A DNA stretch of 32,000 nt from Methanococcus maripaludis (lineage in GTDB: Archaea > AGJL01 > Methanococci > Methanococcales > Methanococcaceae). Numbering within the stretch: the stretch's first letter is position 1; each line of letters starts with the position of its first letter. Below, piece by piece: positions 1-9,450 of the stretch. Under the pieces are notes generated by a model. The model did not search any database. It had not been told where the DNA came from and saw only the letters and a list, made by a program, of their open reading frames with translations. Where the stretch lies: NCBI RefSeq assembly GCF_002945325.1, contig NZ_CP026606.1, positions 1,680,001 to 1,712,000 of the forward strand, written 5' to 3'. The translations under genes and the position numbers were made by a program.

Positions 1-1
1 G

Positions 2-841
2 TGTGCGGTTTTAGCAGCTTGCAACCCAAAAAGAGGTAGATTTGATAGAAACATGGGCGTAGTCGAACAGATTGGAATTCCAGCACCCTTGTTAAGCCGT
101 TTTGATTTGATATTCCCTTTAAAAGATTCCCCTGATAGGCGAAGGGATGCAGAGATTGCAGAACACATACTTGATACACACGTTGAAACTGCAACGAAAA
201 ACTATTCAAAAGTTCTTGGTTCAATCAAAATAGATGGAATAACTGTTGATGAAAATTTAATTAAGAATTATATAATTTATGCGAGAACCTGTGCATATTT
301 CGATGAAAATCATCATTTGTATGCTGGAGAGGTTGATGAAAGGAAAATAAAAAGTCCACCCCTTTCAAAAGGCGCCAAAAAATTGATTCGGGATTATTAC
401 GTTGACATGAGAAAGCTTGGGGAAGGAAACAATCCAGTCCCCGTTACTGCAAGACAATTAGAAGCTGCAATAAGAATTTCAGAAATGCATGCAAAAGCAA
501 GGCTTTCAAGAGAAGTAGAAGAAAAAGATGCGAAAATTGCAATTGATATAATTGAAGAATGTTTAAGGCAAGTTGCATATGATCCTGAAACTGGAAAATT
601 TGACATAGATAAAGGAATGGGTGAAATTCCAAAATCTAAAGTCGATAAAATGGATAAAATCGTGGATATTATTCGTGAACTTTCAGTATTAAGTAGCAAC
701 GGTCTTGCCGATGAATGCGATATTGTAGAAAAAGCTTCAGAATTTCAGATTTCTGAAAAGGATGTTTCAGACATGCTTTCAAAATTAAAGAAGAGTGCAG
801 ATGTATTCAGCCCAAAATATGGATATTATAGATTAACTTAA
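2..841 (+). CDS. mcm: MCM replicative helicase, C-terminal portion (5' end lies outside the window)
   Basis: The frame is open from the window edge: CAVLAACNPKRGRFD...IPAPLLSRFDLIF, the MCM AAA+ arginine-finger/sensor region. It continues with PVTARQLEAAIRISEMHAKARL and a C-terminal winged-helix-like tail. The stop codon is at 839-841. Confidence 0.9.
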   Translation, partial: CAVLAACNPKRGRFDRNMGVVEQIGIPAPLLSRFDLIFPLKDSPDRRRDAEIAEHILDTHVETATKNYSKVLGSIKIDGITVDENLIKNYIIYARTCAYFDENHHLYAGEVDERKIKSPPLSKGAKKLIRDYYVDMRKLGEGNNPVPVTARQLEAAIRISEMHAKARLSREVEEKDAKIAIDIIEECLRQVAYDPETGKFDIDKGMGEIPKSKVDKMDKIVDIIRELSVLSSNGLADECDIVEKASEFQISEKDVSDMLSKLKKSADVFSPKYGYYRLT

Positions 842-860
842 AATTATTTCTAAAATAAAG

Positions 861-890
861 TCTTTTTTAATTTTTGTTTTACCATTTTTT
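861..890 (+). terminator. Oligo-T termination tracts downstream of mcm
   Basis: T6 (863-868), T5 (871-875), T4 (877-880) and T6 (885-890) lie directly after the stop codon. Archaeal RNAP terminates at oligo-T runs. Confidence 0.5.
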
Positions 891-898
891 CAGATAAG

Positions 899-908
899 TT
901 TATATATA
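899..908 (+). promoter_or_regulatory. TATA box of the tetR promoter
   Basis: TTTATATATA matches the methanogen TATA consensus TTTATATA and follows a purine-rich BRE-like AGATAAG. The predicted TSS is near 929, about 24 nt before ATG 953. Confidence 0.5.
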
Positions 909-928
909 CAAACGTCAATGTAAAGTAC

Positions 929-946
929 ATACCTTCTGGTAGGTAT
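929..946 (+). promoter_or_regulatory. Candidate TetR operator 1 (18-bp imperfect palindrome)
   Basis: ATACCTTCTGGTAGGTAT has arms ATACCT/AGGTAT. It sits at the predicted TSS of tetR and matches the copy at 1601-1618 at 16/18 positions. Confidence 0.5.
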
Positions 947-952
947 GGTATC

Positions 953-1555
953 ATGAGTACAAAAGAAAAAATAGTGCAGAACGCTGCAAAGCTGTTTCTT
1001 ACAAAAGGATACAAGCAAACGTCTTTAAATGAAATAGCCGAAAAAACAGGTATTACTAAAGGTGGAATTTACCACCATTTTAAAGATAAAAATGAACTTT
1101 TTGTAGAAATGGCCGAGTATTTCAAATCTAAATTTGCTTCGCTTTTAACAAAAATGGAGCAAGAATCATCTTTAGAAGATTTGTTGAAGAATTATTTTGA
1201 AAATTCTGAAATTTTGATGCAGGAAATTGCAGAATATCTTGAATTAACTCTTAAAGATATCAAACATTTTTCAGAATTTCAATCAAGATTTACATTAGAT
1301 GCAATCCAATACGGTCCAAAAGATATGGACTTTACAATGCACACAAAATCGATGTATTCCCTTTTGAAAAAAAAGATAGAACTCGCCAAAAAAAATGGGG
1401 AGATTTTAGAAGAAATCGATTCAAAAGAAATTTCATTAGAGATTATTGCAATCATTGAGGGTTATTCAAATTTAAGGCGATTAAAATTAATGGATGACTC
1501 TTATGAATATGGAAATAAGTGCTTTGAACGATTGTGGAATCGAATAAAAAAATAA
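953..1555 (+). CDS. TetR/AcrR-family transcriptional regulator
   Basis: The N-terminal TetR HTH reads AAKLFLTKGYKQTSLNEIAEKTGITKGGIYHHFKDKNELF. The 200-aa size is typical of the family. Confidence 0.9.
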   Translation: MSTKEKIVQNAAKLFLTKGYKQTSLNEIAEKTGITKGGIYHHFKDKNELFVEMAEYFKSKFASLLTKMEQESSLEDLLKNYFENSEILMQEIAEYLELTLKDIKHFSEFQSRFTLDAIQYGPKDMDFTMHTKSMYSLLKKKIELAKKNGEILEEIDSKEISLEIIAIIEGYSNLRRLKLMDDSYEYGNKCFERLWNRIKK

Positions 1556-1560
1556 ACGGC

Positions 1561-1590
1561 ATGAAAAATACGAAAGATATGTTTTTTCAT
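1561..1590 (+). terminator. AU-rich hairpin plus T6 run after tetR (possible partial terminator)
   Basis: ATGAAAAA (1561-1568) is complementary to TTTTTCAT (1583-1590). A T6 run lies at 1582-1587, 6 nt after the tetR stop codon. Confidence 0.3.
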
Positions 1591-1600
1591 ATTCGAGTAA

Positions 1601-1618
1601 ATACCATCCGGTAGGTAT
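1601..1618 (+). promoter_or_regulatory. Candidate TetR operator 2
   Basis: ATACCATCCGGTAGGTAT is 16/18 identical to 929-946. It lies 12 nt upstream of the GGTGAT SD (1630-1635) of the exporter gene. Confidence 0.5.
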
Positions 1619-1638
1619 TTTTAAATACTGGTGATTAG

Positions 1639-2805
1639 ATGAAAGCCGAAAAAATCTTACAAAAAATAGCTGAGGCATCTGAACGACATCCTTTAAAAGT
1701 TGTCGCAGTTGTTATTGTCCTCACGATATTCATGGCTTTTTTAGCTACAGGTATTGAGTCTCAAACTGATTACGAAAAGATGGTTCCGCAAGATGATCCT
1801 GTAATTGTTGCTTTAAACGAAATACGGGATGAATTTGGCGGTACTGAGACTATAATGTTAGGGGTAAAACTAGTGCCCTCCGATAGCTCTGAAAAGGTAA
1901 CCGATATCCGTGATCCGCGAGTTTTAGATCTTGTGGACTTTTTAGAACAGGATATTGGGAGTATGGATATGATAACATCCGTTAGTTCAAGAGCGGATGT
2001 TTTAAAGGCCTATAACAATGATGTTATTCCAAATGACATTGCAACCGTAAAGACAATTTATCAAAATCTGCCCGAAAGTTCTCGAGATGGTATATTTAAC
2101 AACGATTATTCAATGGTTGTAGTTTATGCAACAACTGATGCGGGAACTGATGACAAAAAGATACTTGTTAAAGATATAAATTCACGATTGGACGAAGCTC
2201 CAATTCCTCCTGGAGTTGAAGTGATCACAACAGGTACTCCTGCACTGAGTGAACTTTTAAAGAGAATGATGGATGAAAGCCAGGCAGTAACGGGTCTTGC
2301 TTCGCTTTTAGCGATCTTTACAATATTATTATTGTACTTTAGAAATATTGTAAAATCAGTACTTCCATTAATACCGGTCGTGGTTGCAGTTATCTGGGCC
2401 GCAGGTTCAATGGCGATATTTAAAATTCCAATGGATACTGCAACATCTGTTATGGGCTCCCTTCTTTTAGGGCTTGGTATCGATTACGGGGTTCACCTGT
2501 TCCACCGATATGAAGAGGAACTTGGAGATGGAAAAAGCATGGATGAAGCAATAAATATTGCAGTAGTAAGTACGGGAAGTGCAGTTTTGGTAACTACTGC
2601 AACAACAATGGCAGGTTTTGCTGCATTAACAATTGCGCCATTATCAATGATGGCAAACATGGGTAAAGTCTGTACATTGGGTATATTCTTCTGTATGGCT
2701 GCAGTTATCTGTTTATTGCCTCCATTAATCGTAATTGAAGAAAGATACACAAGACCATTCCTCAAAAAACTTACCTTAAAATTAAAAGGTGAATCAAATG
2801 AGTAA
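1639..2805 (+). CDS. Half-size MMPL/RND-superfamily exporter (COG1033-like)
   Basis: Topology is one N-terminal TM, a soluble loop of about 190 aa, then a 5-TM bundle. The bundle contains LGLGIDYGVHLFHRY and TTATTMAGFAAL, as in MMPL/SSD transporters. The SD GGTGAT lies 3 nt before the ATG. Confidence 0.8.
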   Translation: MKAEKILQKIAEASERHPLKVVAVVIVLTIFMAFLATGIESQTDYEKMVPQDDPVIVALNEIRDEFGGTETIMLGVKLVPSDSSEKVTDIRDPRVLDLVDFLEQDIGSMDMITSVSSRADVLKAYNNDVIPNDIATVKTIYQNLPESSRDGIFNNDYSMVVVYATTDAGTDDKKILVKDINSRLDEAPIPPGVEVITTGTPALSELLKRMMDESQAVTGLASLLAIFTILLLYFRNIVKSVLPLIPVVVAVIWAAGSMAIFKIPMDTATSVMGSLLLGLGIDYGVHLFHRYEEELGDGKSMDEAINIAVVSTGSAVLVTTATTMAGFAALTIAPLSMMANMGKVCTLGIFFCMAAVICLLPPLIVIEERYTRPFLKKLTLKLKGESNE

Positions 2806-4369
2806 ATTATCAAAAATAATTTTAGCAATTGGGCTTCTGTCAATTCTTGTAACTGCAGTTTCTGCACTTGAAATTGACGAGCCACAGTATAACCCAAACG
2901 TTATACACCCTGGAGATGACGTTGATGTATGGATTGATGTCGCAAATGACGAAGGATCTGACGAAATAATTGAAGACTTAAGAATAAGCGTAGAATCAAA
3001 CTATCCCTTTGAAGTAAAGCAAGTAAACCCGACAAAAGGCGTTTACGAGATTTCTCAATTAAATGAAGGGGAAAGTGATACAGCATACTTTAAATTACAT
3101 ATAAACGACGATGCATCATCAAGAGACTACAGGCTCGATGTAACGGTTTCATACGATATTGTGGAATACGATGGTGACGACAGACAAGTTATCTCAAAAT
3201 CATACACAAAAATCTACTATATCCCAGTATACGGCCTTGCAAACTTTGAAATTAACTCAGATGGAGTTACTTTAACTCCTGCAAAAACTGAAAACGTTCA
3301 AATTAAGGTAACAAACAAAGGAACTGGAACTGCAAAAGAAGCAACTTTGACAATTGGTTCAAACGATTTAATAAACCCAATTGATACAACCAAGTTCTAT
3401 CTGGGAAGTTTAAGCCCCGACATTACAAAATTACTCTCCCTTAATTTACATGCAAGCGGAGATGCAACTGAAGGATCATACCTAATTCCTGCAACATTAT
3501 CATGGATTGATTCAGATGGAACCGAAAACTCTGAAGTAATAAACATAGGCTTCATTGTCGAAGGAGACATCAATTTAGGAATTTCAAATGTAATAACTGA
3601 TCCTACTGAGATAAAAGCTCAGGAAACTTACGTAAAAATTGACGTTGATTTAACAAACAACGGACACGGCGAAGCTAAAAACATTGAAATTGATTTACTC
3701 TCAGAATATCCATTTAAAGACTCATGGAGTAATTCAAACTTCAAAAACATCGGAACACTAACTTCAGGAGATACAAAAACTGCAACATTCTATATCGATG
3801 TAGATAAGGATGCAGAGGCAAAACACTACTCAGTTCCATTAAATATCACGTATATGGACATATTCGATGAAGAACACTCTGAAATGGAGTATATTGATTT
3901 ATATATCAAACCAAAACCAGTACTTGAAATCCTCCCAGAAACCTACACTTTAAAAGCAGGAGACGAAAACACAATTACTTTGACTCTCCAAAACACAGGC
4001 TCAGAAAAAGCTCAAAGTGTAAAAATAACGGCAATTAAAAACACAGCTCAACCATTTGAGTACACTCAAAAAACTGATTCAATCGGAACACTCGACACCA
4101 ACGAAACGGGTGAAGGACAGTTAATAATCGATGTGGATTCAGATGCAGCAAATAAAGAGTATTTAATTACTGTAGAAGTTAGGAGCGTTGGAGACTCTGA
4201 AGAAGGAGACGACAATGTATACATTTCACAAAAAACTATTAGGGTAAACGTTGAAGGCGGAAGCAACTCAACACTAGTTTATCTAGTAGTATTGCTGCTT
4301 GTCGGTGGTTTAGGATACTATATGTACCTTAAACGGAAAAAAGGTAAAGCAACAGAAGAAACTGAATAA
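2798..4369 (+). CDS. Cell-surface protein with repeated COG1361/CARDB-like beta-sandwich domains and a C-terminal TM anchor
   Basis: Signal peptide MSKLSKIILAIGLLSILVTAVSA. Modules of about 110 aa repeat (e.g. ...VTNKGTGTAKEATLTI..., ...LTNNGHGEAKNIEIDL..., ...LQNTGSEKAQSVKITA...). The C-terminal anchor LVYLVVLLLVGGLGYYMYLKRKKGK follows. I prefer ATG 2798 (AAGGTGA 5 nt upstream) over the ORF-track GTG 2789. The gene overlaps the exporter stop by 8 nt. Confidence 0.75.
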   Translation: MSKLSKIILAIGLLSILVTAVSALEIDEPQYNPNVIHPGDDVDVWIDVANDEGSDEIIEDLRISVESNYPFEVKQVNPTKGVYEISQLNEGESDTAYFKLHINDDASSRDYRLDVTVSYDIVEYDGDDRQVISKSYTKIYYIPVYGLANFEINSDGVTLTPAKTENVQIKVTNKGTGTAKEATLTIGSNDLINPIDTTKFYLGSLSPDITKLLSLNLHASGDATEGSYLIPATLSWIDSDGTENSEVINIGFIVEGDINLGISNVITDPTEIKAQETYVKIDVDLTNNGHGEAKNIEIDLLSEYPFKDSWSNSNFKNIGTLTSGDTKTATFYIDVDKDAEAKHYSVPLNITYMDIFDEEHSEMEYIDLYIKPKPVLEILPETYTLKAGDENTITLTLQNTGSEKAQSVKITAIKNTAQPFEYTQKTDSIGTLDTNETGEGQLIIDVDSDAANKEYLITVEVRSVGDSEEGDDNVYISQKTIRVNVEGGSNSTLVYLVVLLLVGGLGYYMYLKRKKGKATEETE

Positions 4370-4370
4370 T

Positions 4371-4410
4371 CTTTTTTAAATTTTTTAATTTTCTATTTTT
4401 TAATTTTAAA
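4371..4410 (+). terminator. Oligo-T termination tracts ending the tetR-exporter-surface protein unit
   Basis: T6 (4372-4377), T6 (4381-4386) and further T-runs lie immediately after the stop codon. Confidence 0.5.
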
Positions 4411-4466
4411 TGTTTTACCAATTAGGTTTATTTAATTGTAAACCAAATGTCTATTGATGAGTAATT

Positions 4467-5495
4467 TTGAAATTCAGGGGATTGGTAATCTTGAACAGTA
4501 AAGAATATGATATTTTATCGCGATTATTTATGGTATTTTCATTTTTTGCACTCATTTACATGTTATGGCCGTTTATGGGGATTATTGCGCTTGCAGTTGC
4601 AGTTGCATACATGACAAAACCCCTTTATGATATTTTAAAACCAAAATTTGGAAGAACTTATGGTGCAATAATCTGCCTTCTTGGAATTGTAATTCCATCT
4701 TTACTTTTGGTTGTACTGGTTGCAGAAGATGTTGTAACGTTTTTACTTTCACTTGATATTGAAAATATCATTACAAAAGTTACTCCAATTTTAAATGATA
4801 TTGGATATTTGAGGGTAGATGGTCCAGACGTTTCAAAACCGTTTTCTGATATCTGGAGTGTTTCAAAACCGTTACTCAATAGTTTTGCATCGCAAATTTC
4901 TTCAATCCCGTCATTACTGATGAAACTACTGTTCCTGTCGTTCATGACATTTTACTTTTTGAAAGATGGGGATAAACTGACGGATAGTTTTTTGATTTAC
5001 GTTCCCGATGATAAAAAAAGGAATACTGCACTTTTTCTAAGTGAGATACACAAGGCTTTAAAGACGTTATTTATTGGAAACGCTGTTACCTCGGTAATTG
5101 TTGGAATTATTTCGATAATAGGCTATTGGCTTATTGGAATTCCAAACCCGATTACACTTGGTGCACTTTCAGGAATACTAAATATTTTGCCGGTGGTTGG
5201 TGGCTGGACAATATACGTTCCACTTACTGTATATTACTTGTTAACTGGAGAAATTGCTAAGGGAATACTTTTAGGATTATTTGGAATTGTATTTTTATCT
5301 TTAGCACCGGATTTTGCAATAAGGCCCCGTGTAATTTCAAAAGACGGAGATTTGCACCCTGCACTTGTTTTAATCGCATTTTTAATTGGACCGTTGGTTT
5401 TTGGAATACCGGGGCTTGCAATCGGGCCGATAATTGTTTCAACGGTGTATGCAATCCATAAAGTTAGAAGATTAATCGAAAAAAAGAATAATTAA
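4467..5495 (+). CDS. AI-2E family (PerM/UPF0118) membrane transporter
   Basis: The protein is multi-TM with family-typical LSGILNILPVVGGWTIYVPLTVYYLL and a C-terminal PGLAIGPIIV. The start is uncertain: TTG 4467 is the longest ORF, and TTG 4491 or ATG 4530 are alternatives. Confidence 0.75.
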   Translation: MKFRGLVILNSKEYDILSRLFMVFSFFALIYMLWPFMGIIALAVAVAYMTKPLYDILKPKFGRTYGAIICLLGIVIPSLLLVVLVAEDVVTFLLSLDIENIITKVTPILNDIGYLRVDGPDVSKPFSDIWSVSKPLLNSFASQISSIPSLLMKLLFLSFMTFYFLKDGDKLTDSFLIYVPDDKKRNTALFLSEIHKALKTLFIGNAVTSVIVGIISIIGYWLIGIPNPITLGALSGILNILPVVGGWTIYVPLTVYYLLTGEIAKGILLGLFGIVFLSLAPDFAIRPRVISKDGDLHPALVLIAFLIGPLVFGIPGLAIGPIIVSTVYAIHKVRRLIEKKNN

Positions 5496-5500
5496 TATTT

Positions 5501-6310
5501 TTAATATTTATTTTTTGTAAATACAAATATTACAAATAATGCTGCTAAAAGGAAGCCTAAATAAACTAAAATACCTTCAAAACCAATGTTTTTTGAAATT
5601 TCGGAAACTTCAGAAATATTTTTTGAAGTATTTTTTGAAATGGATATATTTTCAGAAACATTTTCAAAAATTTCTATTTTTTCAGATTCTTCAAAATTTT
5701 TAAAAAGATCGTAGTTTTCGCCTGCATATACTGTGACTTTTTCTGAATAGTTTCCAAAAATTTCAGAAGAAAGCCTTAGAAAGTGGTTTCCTTCTTTAAT
5801 TGATACGTTTAAGGGCGTGTTTCCCACATAATTTCCATCCACATATATTGGCATATTTTTAGGGTTTGAGTTTATAGAATAAATTCCGCGACCTTCACTT
5901 ATTTTGTAGTTAAATTTTTTTTGAATGGTTTTTGGACCTACGTATACCTCATTTTCTGAATCATAATCGTAATACTGAATAAAAATTTTTCCGGATTTTT
6001 CACCGAGTTCTGCATTTTTTGAAGCATTTATTTTAAAAGATACTTTAATCACTGTTCCATCGTTAATAACTGGAATTTCGATATTTTTTGGAGTTATTTT
6101 TACGTTATCTTCGTAAATTTCAGGAACTGCCGTTATATTATATGCACTGGATACTCCACCAACTTCCTCAATTTCAAGATAAATTCTTTCAGTGCTTCCC
6201 CTTTCGATTTCAGGAGTTGAAGCGCTTGCATCAAGGTATGGCACTGCTGAAACTGAAACAATATTTAAAATAATACATATTAAAAGGATAAATAAAGATT
6301 TTTTAAACAT
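5501..6310 (-). CDS. Secreted, membrane-anchored PEGA-domain surface protein
   Basis: The protein has a signal peptide MFKKSLFILLICIILNIVSVSA and a beta-sandwich N-domain. A PEGA-type segment follows: YSINSNPKNMPIYVDGNYVGNTPLNVSIKEGNHFLRL. A sequon-rich stalk and a C-terminal TM anchor complete it. I prefer ATG 6310 (GTGAT 4 nt upstream) over GTG 6319. Confidence 0.7.
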   Translation of the reverse strand: MFKKSLFILLICIILNIVSVSAVPYLDASASTPEIERGSTERIYLEIEEVGGVSSAYNITAVPEIYEDNVKITPKNIEIPVINDGTVIKVSFKINASKNAELGEKSGKIFIQYYDYDSENEVYVGPKTIQKKFNYKISEGRGIYSINSNPKNMPIYVDGNYVGNTPLNVSIKEGNHFLRLSSEIFGNYSEKVTVYAGENYDLFKNFEESEKIEIFENVSENISISKNTSKNISEVSEISKNIGFEGILVYLGFLLAALFVIFVFTKNKY

Positions 6311-6377
6311 GATTATCACGTTTAGATATATGTTTTAAAAGTTTAAAAAAAGTAAGGGTATGGTTTAAATCAACAGT

Positions 6378-7856
6378 TTAAATCAGCAAATTGATTCCAT
6401 CCATCATGGCTTCAACAGACGCCATTACAACGTCTCCGTGTGCTTTTTTGACTTCTACAACTTCGTTTCCTTTTCTCAAGTGAACTACTACTTCAATTAA
6501 AGCATCAGTTCCTCCAGTCATTGCACGAACACTGTAATCTTCAAGTTCAATATCTGCAACTCCGGTGAGTGCTTTTTTAACTGCATTAATTGCCGCATCA
6601 ACTGGACCAAGACCGTATGCTGCTTCACGGACATTGTCTTTGATATTGCAGTCGTTTGCAAATTTTAAGTTTATTGATGCAAGAGGCGATACTTTGTTTC
6701 CTGATACAACCGTAATTTCATCGAGAATTACTTTTCTTTCAAGTTCAACTCCTCGAACCTGATTTATGATGGTTTTTAAATCTACATCGCTAATGTATTT
6801 TCCAAGATCCCCAAAAGCCTTAATTTTTGAATATGTTTCTTCAAATTCTTCATGACTCAATCCAATGTTCATTATTTCAAGTTTATATTTTAAAGCAGCT
6901 TTTCCGCTGTGTTTTCCAAGTATAATTTTTCTCCTGTTTCCAACTGTTTCAGGATGAATTGGCTCATAAGTTTCCGTACTTTTCATAAGGCCGTCAACGT
7001 GAATTCCTGCTTCATGGGCAAAGGCGTTGTCACCAACAAGCGCCTTATTTGCGGGAACTGGAATTTTCATATATTTTGAAACAATTCTTGAAATTTTATG
7101 GAGTTTTTCAGTATCAATTCCAGTTTCTATATCGTACAGTGATTTTAAACTCATAACTACTTCTTCAAGTGACGCATTTCCTGCCCTTTCGCCGATACCA
7201 TTAATTGTAACGTGGCACTGGTCTGCACCCGCACTTATTGCAGAAATTGTATTTGCGGTAGCCATTCCAAAATCGTTGTGACAGTGGATTGAAACTGGAA
7301 TTTTTATTGTATTTTTCATTGTTTTTATAAGATCTATTGCTTTTAAGGGCGTTAAAATACCGACAGTATCACAAACACAGATTCTATCAGCTTTTAGTTC
7401 TTCTCCTTTTAAGAATAGTTCTTTTAAAAATTCAACGTCGCTTCTTGTTGCATCTTCTGCTGAAAGTTCGACGATTAAACCATGATCTTTAGCATACTCT
7501 ACAGCGTGCATTGCATCTTTTAAATTTTCTTCACGACTTTTCCTTAATTTGTAGGTCATGTGGATGTCTGAAGTTGGAACGACTAAATGGACGCTGTCAA
7601 CATCACAGGAAAGTGCAGCATCAATATCTACTGGAAGGGCCCTTACAAATGAAGATATTTCAGCATTTAAATTCTGCCCTGTAACCAGTTTCATGGCTTC
7701 TCGTTCCCCTTTTGAGGTTATTGCACTTCCTGCCTCGATAATATTTACACCAAGTTCATCAAGTTTTATTGCCAGTTCGAGTTTTTCACTTGGAGATAGT
7801 GAGACCCCCGGAGTTTGTTCTCCATCCCTCAATGTAGTATCGAATATGTTAACCAT
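6378..7856 (-). CDS. cimA: (R)-citramalate synthase (isoleucine pathway; LeuA/CimA family)
   Basis: Motifs FDTTLRDGEQTPG and HCHNDFGMATANT are present, along with the C-terminal LeuA-dimer regulatory domain. The sequence is very close, from memory, to M. jannaschii CimA. The start at ATG 7856 has GAGAGGA 5 nt upstream; the track start is 7874. Confidence 0.9.
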   Translation of the reverse strand: MVNIFDTTLRDGEQTPGVSLSPSEKLELAIKLDELGVNIIEAGSAITSKGEREAMKLVTGQNLNAEISSFVRALPVDIDAALSCDVDSVHLVVPTSDIHMTYKLRKSREENLKDAMHAVEYAKDHGLIVELSAEDATRSDVEFLKELFLKGEELKADRICVCDTVGILTPLKAIDLIKTMKNTIKIPVSIHCHNDFGMATANTISAISAGADQCHVTINGIGERAGNASLEEVVMSLKSLYDIETGIDTEKLHKISRIVSKYMKIPVPANKALVGDNAFAHEAGIHVDGLMKSTETYEPIHPETVGNRRKIILGKHSGKAALKYKLEIMNIGLSHEEFEETYSKIKAFGDLGKYISDVDLKTIINQVRGVELERKVILDEITVVSGNKVSPLASINLKFANDCNIKDNVREAAYGLGPVDAAINAVKKALTGVADIELEDYSVRAMTGGTDALIEVVVHLRKGNEVVEVKKAHGDVVMASVEAMMDGINLLI

Positions 7857-7951
7857 TTTATCCTCTCGCACCATTAGTTTTAGTATTTAGCCAATTGAAT
7901 GATAAGTTTAAATAATATTTCACTGATTAATTGATAAACCATAATATTTGA

Positions 7952-9412
<1,461 letters not shown>

Positions 9413-9450
9413 AAACTCTTAATTTTTCTAAAAAATAAATAAAAAAAGAA
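9413..9450. terminator. Convergent oligo-T/oligo-A terminator region (ask versus CBS gene)
   Basis: A T5 run at 9423-9427 serves the + strand. A-runs at 9431-9435 and 9441-9447 read as T-runs on the - strand. Confidence 0.45.
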
